Below, in pieces: positions 53,614 through 64,000 of a stretch of DNA of 64,000 nucleotides. The position numbers were made by a program, and so were the translations under genes. The stretch spans positions 195,915 through 259,914 of the forward strand of contig CAWCGF010000003.1 of assembly GCA_963794955.1 (NCBI GenBank), in the 5' to 3' direction. The stretch's first letter is position 1. The number at the start of each line of letters is the position of its first letter. Origin of the DNA: an uncultured Acidobacteriota bacterium (GTDB taxonomy: Bacteria; Acidobacteriota; Blastocatellia; RBC074). Below the pieces are notes generated by a model. That model made no database searches, was not told where the DNA came from, and saw nothing but the letters and a program-made list of their open reading frames with translations.

Positions 53614-54017
53614 TGCACAACCTCCGTAGTTTGCGGGTCAAACACCAGCAAATTCACGTGCTCTGTTCGCAAAAACTCTATGACGTGCGGCAAGCTGATG
53701 TAGCTTTCATACACATCTTTCCGTATAGCCAAAAACAATTCGCGGTCAGGCTGCGTCCGGCGCAGCAGGTAGCGATACAGCACGATTTGCCCCATCGCAT
53801 CTTCCAAATCTTCTGTCCGCGATCCGCGCAAAAAGCTTTTGACTTCAACCGCAATTTTACGCTCGTCTTTTTCTGCGGCAATGATCTTTTCTGCGCCGAG
53901 ATCAACGTAAACCGGAGCGCTTCCCCACAGCAGCAACAGCGGATCGTCCGTGATCGTCCAGCCGTCTTTTTCGAGCGCGAGCCGAACGTGGGGATGGAAC
54001 AGGTCTTTTGCTGGCAT
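53568..54017 (-). CDS. xisH: XisH-family protein (restriction-endonuclease-like fold)
   Basis: MPAKDLFHPHVRLALEKDGWTIT... is a typical XisH N-terminus. Overlaps xisI by 46 nt. Confidence 0.75.
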   Translation of the reverse strand: MPAKDLFHPHVRLALEKDGWTITDDPLLLLWGSAPVYVDLGAEKIIAAEKDERKIAVEVKSFLRGSRTEDLEDAMGQIVLYRYLLRRTQPDRELFLAIRKDVYESYISLPHVIEFLRTEHVNLLVFDPQTTEVVQWIKWNTIEPSSSDS

Positions 54018-54047
54018 AGGCAAGTAGTATAGCGTTTTTCAGCAAGT

Positions 54048-56665
54048 CTATCGAATCTTCAGCACGACAAACGTCACGTCATCATCCGCCAACCGACTCT
54101 GCCCCCAATCATCTCCGGCTTGCACCAGGCGTGTCAGGATTTCTTGCGACGACAAATGCGCGGTGGCGACCAGCGTATGTTTCGCTTGATCGTAGCCGAG
54201 CATTTCGTTGGCTGGATTGAAGCGTTCGGGGAAGCCGTCGCTCATCAGCACAACAATGTCGCCGGGCTGAAGCGCGACGTCTTCCTGTTTGTACGTGTAA
54301 TTCGTCAGGCAGCCGAGCGGCATGGCTTTGATGAAGATTTCTTCGATGTGACGCTGCAGAGGCGCGATAAATCAGGATGGGCGGCATCCCGGCAACCGTG
54401 ATCGTGAGGCCGTGATTCTTGAGCCGCACGACGGTCAGCGCCATAAACAGCGAGCGCAGATTCATCTTCTTGAGCGCGTGCGAAAACCGCTTGAGCATGT
54501 CGGGCAAATCGTCACCGTTGCGCTAATTCGTGAAAGAGGCTTTTCGTTGCGGTCACGACGGTGCCAGCTTTCAACCCGTGTCCCGTTGCGTCGCCAATGG
54601 CTATCGTTAATGTGCCGTCATCGGCGACGTGAAAATCGTAGTAATCGCCGCCCACTTCCGTGGCCGTTTTCATGTACGCGGCGATTTCCAAGTCGGGCAA
54701 TTGCGGCACGTTCTTCGGCAGCATCGAAAGCTGCAATTGGCGCGCTTCTTCCAACTCTTTGGCGCGTTGTTCGTTTTCTGCTTCGAGTTCTTCGCGGCGT
54801 CGCGCGTCTTCGATCATGCGTTCGATCAACCGCGTGTTTTCAAGCGCGAAGGACATCGGCGCGCTGACCGACAGCAGCAATCGTTTGTCTTCATTGGAGA
54901 AGGGCAGATCGCCCAAACGAGCGCCAAGCGAAATGATGCCAGACATTTCGTCTTTGCCTTTGAGCGGCAGGAGCAAGGCGGAGTTCAAGGCCTGCAAGGT
55001 TTCCGTTTCGGCTTCTGTCAATACGGAGACGTTTTCGACGAACACCGATTCACCTTCGCGTTCGACTTCCAACGGGTTGGCGGCTTCAAGCAAGCGGTTG
55101 GCAAGCTCGGTTTGTGATGTGAACTGATGCCCATTGACGCTTGTTGTGGAATGCGGGCTGCGCGGATCGTAATCGCACGAATAGGCGCAAGTGTATGCGC
55201 CTGTCGCTTCATCTTTCAGCAGGATCGTGACCCGCTCGGTTTGCAACGCCGCTTGGATTTTGGTGGCGACCAGTTGGGGCAACTGCTTACGGTCGGTCGT
55301 CGTGCGCAGCGATTCCGAAAGCTCAGACATGATCTGCTGGGCGTTGTACGATTGGCGGAAAAACTTGCGATCAATCAGCGGCGCTAGATAACGGTTGTGA
55401 ATCGCGCGCGTGCCTTGCCAGACAGCAACGCTCACGATGCCGGACACGAGTCCAACGACCAGATGCGATGCCTGAAAGTACCTCATAATCATTCGCAGAA
55501 CGACGGTCAGGACGAGGATGACGGTCAGGAATTCGAGAATGACCGCGCCGCGTGAGACCAATAAATACCGCACGCCGCGCCGAATAATCAGACTGATCGG
55601 AATGACTTTGTGGCGAATGATGGCGTAGGCGAACGACAGCGGAATCAGCGGCATCGTCACCACCATGCTGATTTCTATCCATTGATTCGCTTGTGGTATC
55701 CGCCTTTGCAAACCGAAGAATTCCCCGATAATGACCAGCAGTAATGTGAGAAACCCAATCCCGCTCCCAAACATAATGACGCGCAATCGTCGTCGCGCAT
55801 CTACGCCGGCAACGCGATAATTCACGGCCAGGCAAAACAGCCCTGCGGCCAAATATGCCACTAACGTGGGCATCGGCAGGTGTAGGAAATGATGGGCATT
55901 GAGCCATTTGATGGGCGGTAAGCTGAAGTACCAGAGCCTCGGCAAATCGGGCAGTCTGGTGCCCGCAAAGAAAGGCAGCGCACCCAAATAAAACGGCCAG
56001 TACAGATACCGCTCCACTTTGGGCCAACGCTTCAGAATCGGTGAACGATCCGGAAAAATGAGGAAGAACTTTACGAGCAAGGGCAACGACCAGAGGCCGA
56101 GGATTTTGACAAAGGACACGACAAACTCTACCCCGCGCCCCAGCGCCATCAGGGGCATTGTCCACGTACTCAACAGCGTAAACGTGCCGAGCATCAAAGC
56201 TAAGTACCACGCTTGATCGTTGTCCGGTTTGAGCAGGAACACGAATAGCCCCGTCAGCAGAAAAATCAAATAAATCAGCAGGAAAACCTTTTGCCCCCAG
56301 TCCGGCTGCTGTGCGAGATTTTCCACCGTCACGAGCCGGAACGACAACTCCTGCCCGTTGCGTCGCACCGTCATCGTGTAATTCGTTCCCGGCGGCACGC
56401 GGCCTGCGAAGTTCATAATGCTGGGGTCTTGGCGCGGTGTGATGCCATTGATCGCCAGAAATTCATCGCCTGGCAGTAATACCGTAGCTGGGCCTTTGGG
56501 GTCGGTGCGTGTGACGAGGGGTGGTTTGTCAAATCCCTGTTGTTCTCCGCTCCATCCGTCATAGCTGCCGATGTGAAAGAAGACAAAGTACACCCGCACG
56601 CCGAAGTAAAAAAACAACAAGGCGAAAAAGAGGCTACCTAAAATGAGGCGACGTTTGTTCTTCAC
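54048..56665 (-). pseudogene. SpoIIE/PP2C-family phosphatase paralog (PDZ, polytopic TM, GAF-like, PP2C) with two or more frame disruptions (about 54505-54515 and about 54345-54375)
   Basis: The long ORF (56665-54512) stops inside the PP2C domain right after IAIGDATGHGLKAG...SLFHELAQR. The PP2C domain continues in two further frames (54507-54109, 54323-54048) and matches the upstream paralog residue by residue. ORF bases 56746-56950 overlap the pbp gene and are not coding. Confidence 0.7.
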
Positions 56666-56745
56666 AAGAGAGGTAAGAGAGCGAGCGACTGCGTGAGTAA
56701 AATTGCAAGTCCTGATGCTCGCACTACGTTCTATTCCGATAATTT

Positions 56746-58557
56746 CTATTGCCGCCGCGCGGTACGACTCACACGCGGTGAAGCAGCAGACGTAGCCGCT
56801 CCATCTGCTTTCAGCAATCCCAATTCTTTCGCTGTGACCAATAAATTGGCGGCGATAGGCGCGGCAATCTTCGAGCCGTAGCCGCCGCCTTCGACCATCA
56901 CGGCAAATGCAATCTGTGGATTGTTCACAGGCGCGAAACCGATAAACCATGAATCAATGCGGTTTTCTTTCTTGGTGCGCTCTTTGCCGCGCGAATCTTT
57001 GTAGGTGGCGGGCTGCCCTGTTTTAGGATCAATAACAGGCACTTCGCGTTGCGCGGTTCCGGTCTTGCCGCCAGCGGTGAGGCCTGCCTGTCGCACGGTG
57101 GTGCCGAATACGCCGGCTGCGGTGCCGCGTTCGACGACGCCGGCCATCATTTCGCGCAATCGCTTGGCGGTTTCGGCGGTCATCGCCTGGCTCAAGACCA
57201 TTGGGGGCCGTCCCATTTCCAGCAGCGGACGCATCACGTTGCCTTGATTGTTGGCGGCAGCGGCGGCGACGAACGCCATCTGAAACGGCGTGAGTTGCAC
57301 ATAGCCTTGCCCGATAGATTCGAGTGCCAAGTCGTATTTGGAAATCTTGTTGCCATTTACAAATGTCGAATTCAGCGGTGCCAGCACATCGCTCAGAATT
57401 TTATTTTCGCTATTCCAAAGCCCGCGCGTCGCTCCCGTGCCAATCGAATCGCCGGGATTGCTATGGACTTTCAAGCCAAAGCGCGCCGCTGCCTCACCCA
57501 TCCGTTGCCGTTCGACTTCGACGCCGAGTTGTGCGAAGTATTGATTGCACGATTTGACGTAGGCTTCTTCCATTGTGATGCTGCCGTGGACGTGGCCTTC
57601 GTCATCCTGAATGGGGCGACCTGAACCGGGCGGCGTCCAGCCTCCGCCCTGACAGACGAAGGGTTTATTTTCACTGACGCGGGCATCCAAGGCGGCGGCG
57701 GCAGTCAAGGTTTTCAAGGTCGAACCGGGCGGATAATATTCGTTCAGCGCGCGATTCAAGAGGGGGCGGTTTTTCAAATCGCGGCGAATCTCTTCCCACT
57801 TCACATCGTTGTTAATGTCATCCGGGTCAAAGCTCGGATTGCTGGCGATGGCCAACACTTCGCCCGTTTGCGGGTTAACCATCACGACCGCGCCTTTGTG
57901 GCCTTTGCTTTGGAGTTGCTCAAACGCCGCCTTTTGCAAATCGTAATCCATCGTCAGTTGCAGATCACGCCCGGCTTCGATCTTTGGTTCCTCCGATTCA
58001 AACGAAGCGGCAGCAACGATTTTCTCCCACCAACTCTTTTCCGGTTGTTTCGGCGGCGGTTGCGCGACGACGGCACGTTCCAATTCTGCATCACCACGCG
58101 CCAGCCCGCTGTAGCCGATGATGTGCGAAGCCGCTGCGCCGAGCGGATAGTCACGCATAATCTTGCTGTTAAGGTAGCGGTATTTAGCCAGGCATTTCCG
58201 GTAATCTTTGCTGCGATCAAAAATCCAGCCACGTAAATTGGACTCCGCATCGCGGCGATTGCGTTGGTCGCGGGTGTTTTTCAGATGCGCAAAATCTTTA
58301 TTCTCACTGACCGGCCCGGCGGCGAACAAGCCCCAATACACGTGAAAGCCAAAGGCCGCGACGACCAAAATAGCGAACGCCCAGCGCACGTAGCGCAGGC
58401 GCTTACTGGTGAGACGTGGGCCAAAATCATCTGGCAAGCCGCTGGCGTCGCTGGCCGCTGGCTTGCGCGAAAAGCGCCAAGTGGAGAGCAGCAGCGACAA
58501 CAATAGGAAGACAATGCCGCCGATAAAAATAAGGGTAGCGATGAAGGGAAAATTCAT
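56746..58557 (-). CDS. penicillin-binding protein 2-type peptidoglycan D,D-transpeptidase
   Basis: N-terminal TM; SxxK (GSTLK), SxN (SCN) and KTG (GGKTGTA) motifs. Confidence 0.85.
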   Translation of the reverse strand: MNFPFIATLIFIGGIVFLLLSLLLSTWRFSRKPAASDASGLPDDFGPRLTSKRLRYVRWAFAILVVAAFGFHVYWGLFAAGPVSENKDFAHLKNTRDQRNRRDAESNLRGWIFDRSKDYRKCLAKYRYLNSKIMRDYPLGAAASHIIGYSGLARGDAELERAVVAQPPPKQPEKSWWEKIVAAASFESEEPKIEAGRDLQLTMDYDLQKAAFEQLQSKGHKGAVVMVNPQTGEVLAIASNPSFDPDDINNDVKWEEIRRDLKNRPLLNRALNEYYPPGSTLKTLTAAAALDARVSENKPFVCQGGGWTPPGSGRPIQDDEGHVHGSITMEEAYVKSCNQYFAQLGVEVERQRMGEAAARFGLKVHSNPGDSIGTGATRGLWNSENKILSDVLAPLNSTFVNGNKISKYDLALESIGQGYVQLTPFQMAFVAAAAANNQGNVMRPLLEMGRPPMVLSQAMTAETAKRLREMMAGVVERGTAAGVFGTTVRQAGLTAGGKTGTAQREVPVIDPKTGQPATYKDSRGKERTKKENRIDSWFIGFAPVNNPQIAFAVMVEGGGYGSKIAAPIAANLLVTAKELGLLKADGAATSAASPRVSRTARRQ

Positions 58558-58699
58558 AGGGCACGATGATAAATCTCATTTTCCATTTGTGTTTTGAAAT
58601 TTTCATTGAAAACGAGTAGGTGGGCAACGATGGCAAATGATGAATCACAAATGGAAAATGGTAAATGCTCTGGGCATAGTTATAAACGGGCCATGCAGC

Positions 58700-59473
58700 T
58701 TAACCTGCGCTGCATTCCAAGCGTAATTCGACATCGCCAAACCGTAACTGATCTCCGGCGCGCACAATCGTTTTGTCGCCCATCGCGATTTGCACGCCAT
58801 TGACGAACGTGCCGTTGCTGCTGCCGAGATCGGTGATATAGAGCGTGCCGTTAGCGGCGAGCGTGAATGCGGCGTGGACGCTCGAAACTGTGGAGTCCTC
58901 GATCACCAGCGCATTGTCTTGACCGCGTCCCAAACTGATGCGTGTGCCGCTGACGGCCTTGGTGCGCAGCACAAATCGCTTGCTCTTGAGCAGGAGTTCG
59001 GTTTGTACAGCAGGCGCGGCGGGGGGGCCTTGTTCGGCCACTAGCTTGGAGGGGGCGTCGGAAAAGTTCGCCGTAATGGTCAGCTTGCGCGTGAACATGT
59101 CGTACGCGATTTTGACCTGTACGTCGCCGAGCGTCGTGTACCGGCGATTGTGAATATATTCGTAGACCGACAGTCGCAGTTCGCGTGCGAGAAAATCAAT
59201 CCGTTTGTTGGTAAGTTGCTGATAGGTTTCGTAATCGTAGCGTAATTCAATCAAGTTCGGTGCGATCACCTTGTTGCCTTCATGCCGTAGCTTGTCGTCA
59301 ATCGCGCGTTCGAGCGGCGGAATCAAGGCGGTGATGTCGGTGCGCGGTTGCGGATTCAGCGGACGCCGCAAGGCAAAATCCAAGGCTCCGCCGAGCCGCT
59401 CGAAAAACTTGCGCACACCGCCTTCAACGCGATTGGTAATGGCTTCATCTTTGGGGAGTTCGGAGTTGCTCAT
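58700..59473 (-). CDS. FHA-domain protein (FhaA-like: N-terminal DUF3662-like region, C-terminal FHA)
   Basis: C-terminal FHA: ISLGRGQDNALVIEDSTVSSVHAAFT...LYITDLGSSNGTFVNG. Confidence 0.7.
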   Translation of the reverse strand: MSNSELPKDEAITNRVEGGVRKFFERLGGALDFALRRPLNPQPRTDITALIPPLERAIDDKLRHEGNKVIAPNLIELRYDYETYQQLTNKRIDFLARELRLSVYEYIHNRRYTTLGDVQVKIAYDMFTRKLTITANFSDAPSKLVAEQGPPAAPAVQTELLLKSKRFVLRTKAVSGTRISLGRGQDNALVIEDSTVSSVHAAFTLAANGTLYITDLGSSNGTFVNGVQIAMGDKTIVRAGDQLRFGDVELRLECSAG

Positions 59474-59520
59474 CGCAATGGCACTATACGAGAAAACAGC
59501 GGGAAAGTTTTCCCCTTGAT

Positions 59521-60303
59521 TTATAACCTTCTTTGGCGTGCTGCTTCAAAGAGGATTGCCGCTGCCGCTGCCGCTACGTTCAGCGATTCCACGGGCGGCG
59601 CTAACGGCACGCGTAATTTAACATCGCAGGCCTCCAACAAACTGGCGCGCACGCCTTGCGCCTCATTGCCCAAAATCACCGCCGTTGGTTGCTGCCAATC
59701 ATAATCACTATACACGAGAGAAGTACGCGCCGTCGTGACCGCGAGGGTAATTTTCGCAGCTTGGCAGCGATCAAGCAACTGCTGTGGCTCGACATCCGTG
59801 ATGATCGGCAGACGAAACGCCGCGCCCATCGTGCTGCGCAGGGTTTTGGGGGCAAAGCAATCCACCGTTCCTTTTAGCGCCACCGCGCCTCGGACGCCTG
59901 CCGCTTCCGCTGTCCGCAGGATTGTGCCCACATTGCCGGGGTCTTGTACCGCATCCAGCACAACTAGCAAGTTAGCTTGCGGATGGATGACCGCTTCAAG
60001 CTCCCAGGTCGGGCGTGTGGCAATGAGGATGATGCCTTGCGGCGTAACGGTGTCGCTTACGACAGCGAAGGCTTCCGGCACGGTTTCGTACACGTGGCAT
60101 TGGCGCTGCCATAATTCTTCAATGATGGCCGTTGTGCGTGGGGATGGATTAGGAGTGTGAAACGCAACCGTCAATGGCAAATTGGATTTCAGGCATTCCT
60201 CGCACAAGCGTTCGCCTTCGACAAAAATGGCCTCCGGTTCTTTGCCTTCGCGCACACGTCGGGCAAATTTGAGTTGGGGATTAACAGGACTGGTGATGAG
60301 CAT
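59521..60303 (-). CDS. TrmH/SpoU-family RNA 2'-O-methyltransferase (RlmB-like)
   Basis: SpoU motifs: LVVLDAVQDPGNVGTILRTAEAAG, ILGNEAQG, ESLNVAAAAAILFE. Confidence 0.85.
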   Translation of the reverse strand: MLITSPVNPQLKFARRVREGKEPEAIFVEGERLCEECLKSNLPLTVAFHTPNPSPRTTAIIEELWQRQCHVYETVPEAFAVVSDTVTPQGIILIATRPTWELEAVIHPQANLLVVLDAVQDPGNVGTILRTAEAAGVRGAVALKGTVDCFAPKTLRSTMGAAFRLPIITDVEPQQLLDRCQAAKITLAVTTARTSLVYSDYDWQQPTAVILGNEAQGVRASLLEACDVKLRVPLAPPVESLNVAAAAAAILFEAARQRRL

Positions 60304-60379
60304 ATTCGATTGCGGATTTGGGATTGCGGATTGCGGAATCAGGTTTCAATTCGAAATCTGAAATCCGCAATCCGCAATT

Positions 60380-60413
60380 AAAAAAGGCAGGTGATCGTGT
60401 GACCACCTGCCTT
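60380..60413 (-). terminator. rho-independent terminator of the 60444-62756 gene
   Basis: 9-bp stem AGGCAGGTG / CACCTGCCT, followed on the minus strand by TTTTT. Confidence 0.65.
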
Positions 60414-60443
60414 GTGTTGAGGTCGTATTGCTACGACAAGTTA

Positions 60444-62756
60444 TTAACGACGCTTTCTTGCAGGCTTCTTCGCGCGACGTACTGGAGCCGCCCGCTTCTC
60501 TGGGGTGACTTCACCCAAAGTCGCTGGCGCACCGTCTTGCGGCAGTGCTGAAGCATTGCCACCCGCCGGGAGGATCACCAGGCGGACTTGACGTCCATCC
60601 GTGGAGACGCCGCTCGGACGTACAGTAATGCGGTTAGCGTCAATCGCTGATCCGAGTCCACCATCCGCCAGGCGGTCGCGGATGTTCTTACCACGTTGCA
60701 AGTCAAGATCAGCAGGTTTTTCTTGCTCGCCACGATAAGAGTAGACGAACAATTGTGCCTGCGGGTCAGACTGCAACTGTCGAATCGCGTCTTGCAATAC
60801 TGCCTTACAAGTATTATCAACGCGTGCGTTGTTCTTCTTGAAGGTGGTGCAAGAGGAGAGTTCAATTGGCTCAGGTACAGGCTTCACAACGTCAGCCGCC
60901 TTCGTTGTGACAGATGCTCTGCCGCTCGCTGAGCAATTGCCCATTGAACTGGAAGCCGTAACTGTCACTTCGATAGTCGAGCTATTCGCCACGCCTGTCG
61001 TGTCGAGACGTGCGCTTGTGCCGTTGCCAGTAATCGTGCCAGCCGAAGCCGTCCAGGTATAGGTCACGTTACCAAAGGCCGTGCCACCCGAAACACCGGA
61101 GGTTGAGAACGTTACTGCTTCACCCGGAGCCACATCGCTCGTCGAAGCCGGGGTAACGTCAAGTGAGCCACCGAAGCAAAGCAGGATGGGCGGGCAATTG
61201 GAAACACGTATGACTTTGGTATCATACGCCACGCAACCGCAGCCATCGTCCACTTCGCAAGTGACAGTGTATTCGCCCGCCGCTAAGCCTGCGGAGTCGA
61301 ATGAGACATTCGGGCCTTCGCCCACAATGCGGCCACCAGTGGTCGTCCATTTATAGGTTAAGGTGTCCCCATCAGGGTCAGAAGCTCTGGCGCTCAACGC
61401 TACTGCATCGCCAATACAAACCGTGCTGGCATCCGCATGTACCAAGTCTCTGGTATTGTTGGTAACAGCGCCCACCGACAAAGCAATCGTCGGCGCGTTG
61501 TTGGGCAGAATCGCTGGTTCACGACTGTTGACGTGGCCAAACGATACCCCTGCGATAAAGCCATTCGGACTGCCTGTGTTCTTGTCTATTTCCGACATCC
61601 AGTTCAGATGTCGTTGATACGCGGCAGTGATTGACCACCAGCGTGTCGGAAAAATCCTGGCTCCGGCGATCAGATCAACCGGATTGTTGGTGATCAACAT
61701 CGGCGTGCGGGAGCCAACATAACGCGTGGCATTGATCTCCGCCATAAATGCCAAATATTGGCTGAGCGGGAAATCTATGCCAATGCCAGAACGCCATTCG
61801 TTGGGTAGGTCAAGCGCGCGTTCGCTACGTCCAAATCCTTGAATGACACCCGCGCCACCCGCGAGCGGCCCCAACCGCATGTCTTGCGCACGCGGATCGC
61901 CACGTTTGATGAAGCCGCTGTTGGCACTTAAGTGAATGTGCTTGTGTAAGCGACCATCCAAGGCCAACGTTAACCCGTAATCGAAAGCGCCGGTCGAACG
62001 CCCACGCTCTAAGCCGGTATTAAGTTCACGTGTGGTCGGAATTTTAAAGGTTGGGATAAAGGCTAAACCGAACGCATTATTCGGAGCCGTCATGCGAATT
62101 TTCGCCCCAATAGTAATATCGCCCACGCCGGTACCTGTAAAGCGTGACAGGAACGGTGCGCTCGGCAGATAGTTGGGCGTGTGGCCCGCAAAAATGGCGG
62201 GTAAGATGCCGCCTACCGGAGCGCCTAAGCCGGGATATAAGGCTGTGTCGTTGCCGGTGGGTTGCGCCCTAAAGGGACCAAACGGTGCGCACGGGCCGGC
62301 AAAGCCGCCGTTGCCGCAGGGATCGCCCACGGTGATTCCCACCACGTTGGTGCCGGGACGAATAGTGACGCGACCCGGCGCTAACGTTTTCGTTCGCACG
62401 TCGGGCAGGTAATAGCCGCTGAGTAATTGCGGTTGTCCAGTGGTGATGACTTTCTGGGCTTCAAAATTGACGAAAACCTCAAAATAATCGTTGAAGCCAA
62501 CCTGGAAATTGGCGGGATAGACCTGAAACCGTGCATCGCCTGCATCACGGTGATAGAAGTTTGCAAAAAAACCAAAGTTAAACTCGCCTCTTCTCAAGGT
62601 CTGCGCATCGTAGACGGTGAAAAGTCCGGTTCCGCCATTGACGGTAGGAGCCAGATTGCGAGGGTCGTCGTCCGAACGCGGGGTTTGTGCCATCGTACAC
62701 ATCGTGCTGAGCACCATCATCAGCAACAAACCCAAGCTTCTTCTCGCGCAACTCAT
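60444..62756 (-). CDS. outer-membrane protein: N-terminal beta-barrel-like region, PKD/Ig-like domains, OmpA-like C-terminal domain, basic tail
   Basis: AGGAGG RBS then ATG at 62756. Signal peptide. PKD-like [16 protein letters not shown]. OmpA-like C-terminal block. Tail [17 protein letters not shown]. Confidence 0.6.
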   Translation of the reverse strand: MSCARRSLGLLLMMVLSTMCTMAQTPRSDDDPRNLAPTVNGGTGLFTVYDAQTLRRGEFNFGFFANFYHRDAGDARFQVYPANFQVGFNDYFEVFVNFEAQKVITTGQPQLLSGYYLPDVRTKTLAPGRVTIRPGTNVVGITVGDPCGNGGFAGPCAPFGPFRAQPTGNDTALYPGLGAPVGGILPAIFAGHTPNYLPSAPFLSRFTGTGVGDITIGAKIRMTAPNNAFGLAFIPTFKIPTTRELNTGLERGRSTGAFDYGLTLALDGRLHKHIHLSANSGFIKRGDPRAQDMRLGPLAGGAGVIQGFGRSERALDLPNEWRSGIGIDFPLSQYLAFMAEINATRYVGSRTPMLITNNPVDLIAGARIFPTRWWSITAAYQRHLNWMSEIDKNTGSPNGFIAGVSFGHVNSREPAILPNNAPTIALSVGAVTNNTRDLVHADASTVCIGDAVALSARASDPDGDTLTYKWTTTGGRIVGEGPNVSFDSAGLAAGEYTVTCEVDDGCGCVAYDTKVIRVSNCPPILLCFGGSLDVTPASTSDVAPGEAVTFSTSGVSGGTAFGNVTYTWTASAGTITGNGTSARLDTTGVANSSTIEVTVTASSSMGNCSASGRASVTTKAADVVKPVPEPIELSSCTTFKKNNARVDNTCKAVLQDAIRQLQSDPQAQLFVYSYRGEQEKPADLDLQRGKNIRDRLADGGLGSAIDANRITVRPSGVSTDGRQVRLVILPAGGNASALPQDGAPATLGEVTPEKRAAPVRRAKKPARKRR

Positions 62757-63180
62757 AGTTGTCCTCCTGGAAGTGATTGATTGAATATCTGCATCCCGCT
62801 TCTTGACCTTAAAGTCGAGCGAGACCTGCACATTTGTTAACGCCCAAACCAAATAAATAATAGCTATTTTTCAATTTGCTCTGAAACGGTTTGGGGAAGT
62901 TCTTTACCGCACAAACTTTGCATCATCAAATTGTATGCCAGCTTGGCGGGTACTGCATTGCGGCTGGCTCTTGATTTGAAAGCTTCTCTCTTGCTTTTCA
63001 AGTTATCAATAAACTCTGTTTGTCTATGATAAGTCTGTGATAAAACTTTTCCGCGAGAATCTATACGATAGCCCGTGATGTGTCAACACTTTAATGTACT
63101 GAATGTTACCCCCAAAAACTTAAAGTCGCATCACACGAATTCGCAAGAAAAGGTAGTGACTTATCACAAATCTCCTCGTC

Positions 63181-64000
63181 CTATGGTTTAGCCGCCATCC
63201 AATTGTTGCCCACCCCAATATCTACAATGAGTGGAACATCCAGCGAAAAGGCTGTTTCCATCGCTTGCTTGATAACCTTCGCGGTGGCCTCGACTTCGTT
63301 TTGGGGCAACTCAAACACGAGTTCATCGTGAACTTGCAAAATCATTTTGGCGGCCAGCTTGGCACGGTCTAAGGCCTCGTCCGTTTTGAGCATGGCCAGC
63401 TTTACCACATCGCTGGCTGTCCCTTGCATGGGCATGTTGATGGCCTCGCGTTCGGCCCGCGCGCGCAGGTTGTGATTCTTGTTGCTGATGTCTGGCAACT
63501 TGCGCCAACGGCCAAACAACGAACGAACGACACCATTGGCAGCACGCACTTTCTCTGGCATTTCTTCCATATATTGCCGCACGCCTTTGAAGGTGCTGTA
63601 GTAATCTTCGATCACCTTCTTGGCTTCTGTTCGTGTAATTCCCACCCGTGGCGCTAAGCCGAAAGCCCCAACGGCATACGCAATCGCAAAATTCACGATC
63701 TTTGCCACCCGCCGCTTTTCTTTTAACTCAGCATCGGTCTGCGCCCCGAAAACCTTGCGGGCTGTGCGCGCGTGAATGTCTTCGCCATTGCGGAACGCGT
63801 CAAGCATTTCTTCGTCCTGGGTAATATGTGCCAGCAAACGCAATTCGATTTGTGAATAGTCGGCTGATAATAGTACACATCCTTCGGCTGGAATGAATGC
63901 TCGCCGTATGTGTCGTCCTAATTCCGTACGGATCGGAATGTTCTGTAAATTCGGGTTTTCACTACTCAGTCGCCCGGTGGCCGCAACTGTTTGGTTGAGC
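63181..64000 (-). CDS. polA: DNA polymerase I, C-terminal part (continues beyond the window end)
   Basis: Family-A polymerase motifs DYSQIELRLLAH, RRVAKIVNFAIAYA, QVHDELVFE; stop at 63181. Confidence 0.9.
   Translation of the reverse strand, partial: LNQTVAATGRLSSENPNLQNIPIRTELGRHIRRAFIPAEGCVLLSADYSQIELRLLAHITQDEEMLDAFRNGEDIHARTARKVFGAQTDAELKEKRRVAKIVNFAIAYAVGAFGLAPRVGITRTEAKKVIEDYYSTFKGVRQYMEEMPEKVRAANGVVRSLFGRWRKLPDISNKNHNLRARAEREAINMPMQGTASDVVKLAMLKTDEALDRAKLAAKMILQVHDELVFELPQNEVEATAKVIKQAMETAFSLDVPLIVDIGVGNNWMAAKP

Noticed and set aside
56746-56950. N-terminal 95 codons of the 54512-56950 ORF
   Set aside because: They overlap the 3' end of the PBP gene in another frame and have no protein-like composition. 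The real start of the SpoIIE paralog is placed at the signal-anchor (GTG at about 56665).

Overview
High-GC (about 58-60%) bacterial chromosome segment whose gene content looks Acidobacteria-like: a roughly 1,180-aa TonB-dependent receptor with a carboxypeptidase-regulatory N-domain, kinase-FGE fusions, a Bat/MoxR operon, and a squalene-hopene cyclase. Mostly housekeeping and envelope genes: shc, LigE-type periplasmic DNA ligase, MsbA-like ABC exporter, aroE, an ECF sigma/anti-sigma pair, hutG-hutI, PPK2, the MoxR-DUF58-BatA operon, a glucarate-dehydratase-like enolase, a TlpA-like redoxin, a PBP2 next to an FhaA-like FHA protein, a TrmH methyltransferase, and the 3' end of polA. I found no rRNA, tRNA, CRISPR array, transposase or integrase. 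Items worth a second look: (1) an operon-like trio of a small antitoxin-like gene, a PIN (VapC-like) gene and an OLD-family ABC-ATPase with a degenerate Toprim-like C-terminus (33756-36343), a candidate uncharacterised defence/abortive-infection module; (2) an XisH/XisI pair with a small membrane ORF, sitting between two tandem SpoIIE/PP2C paralogs, one of which is decaying, next to a PDZ gene fragment and a low-GC segment; (3) five or more single-nucleotide frame disruptions in otherwise intact genes (shc, aroE, a ceramidase-like gene, the SpoIIE paralog twice), pointing either to assembly indel errors or to real pseudogenisation; (4) a nested multi-hairpin palindromic element upstream of the hut genes; (5) iteron-like 9-bp ACGGAA repeats upstream of shc; (6) an 18-bp motif GCAAACTGGAAAGTTTGC present four times at two promoter-proximal loci; and several other long perfect inverted repeats.
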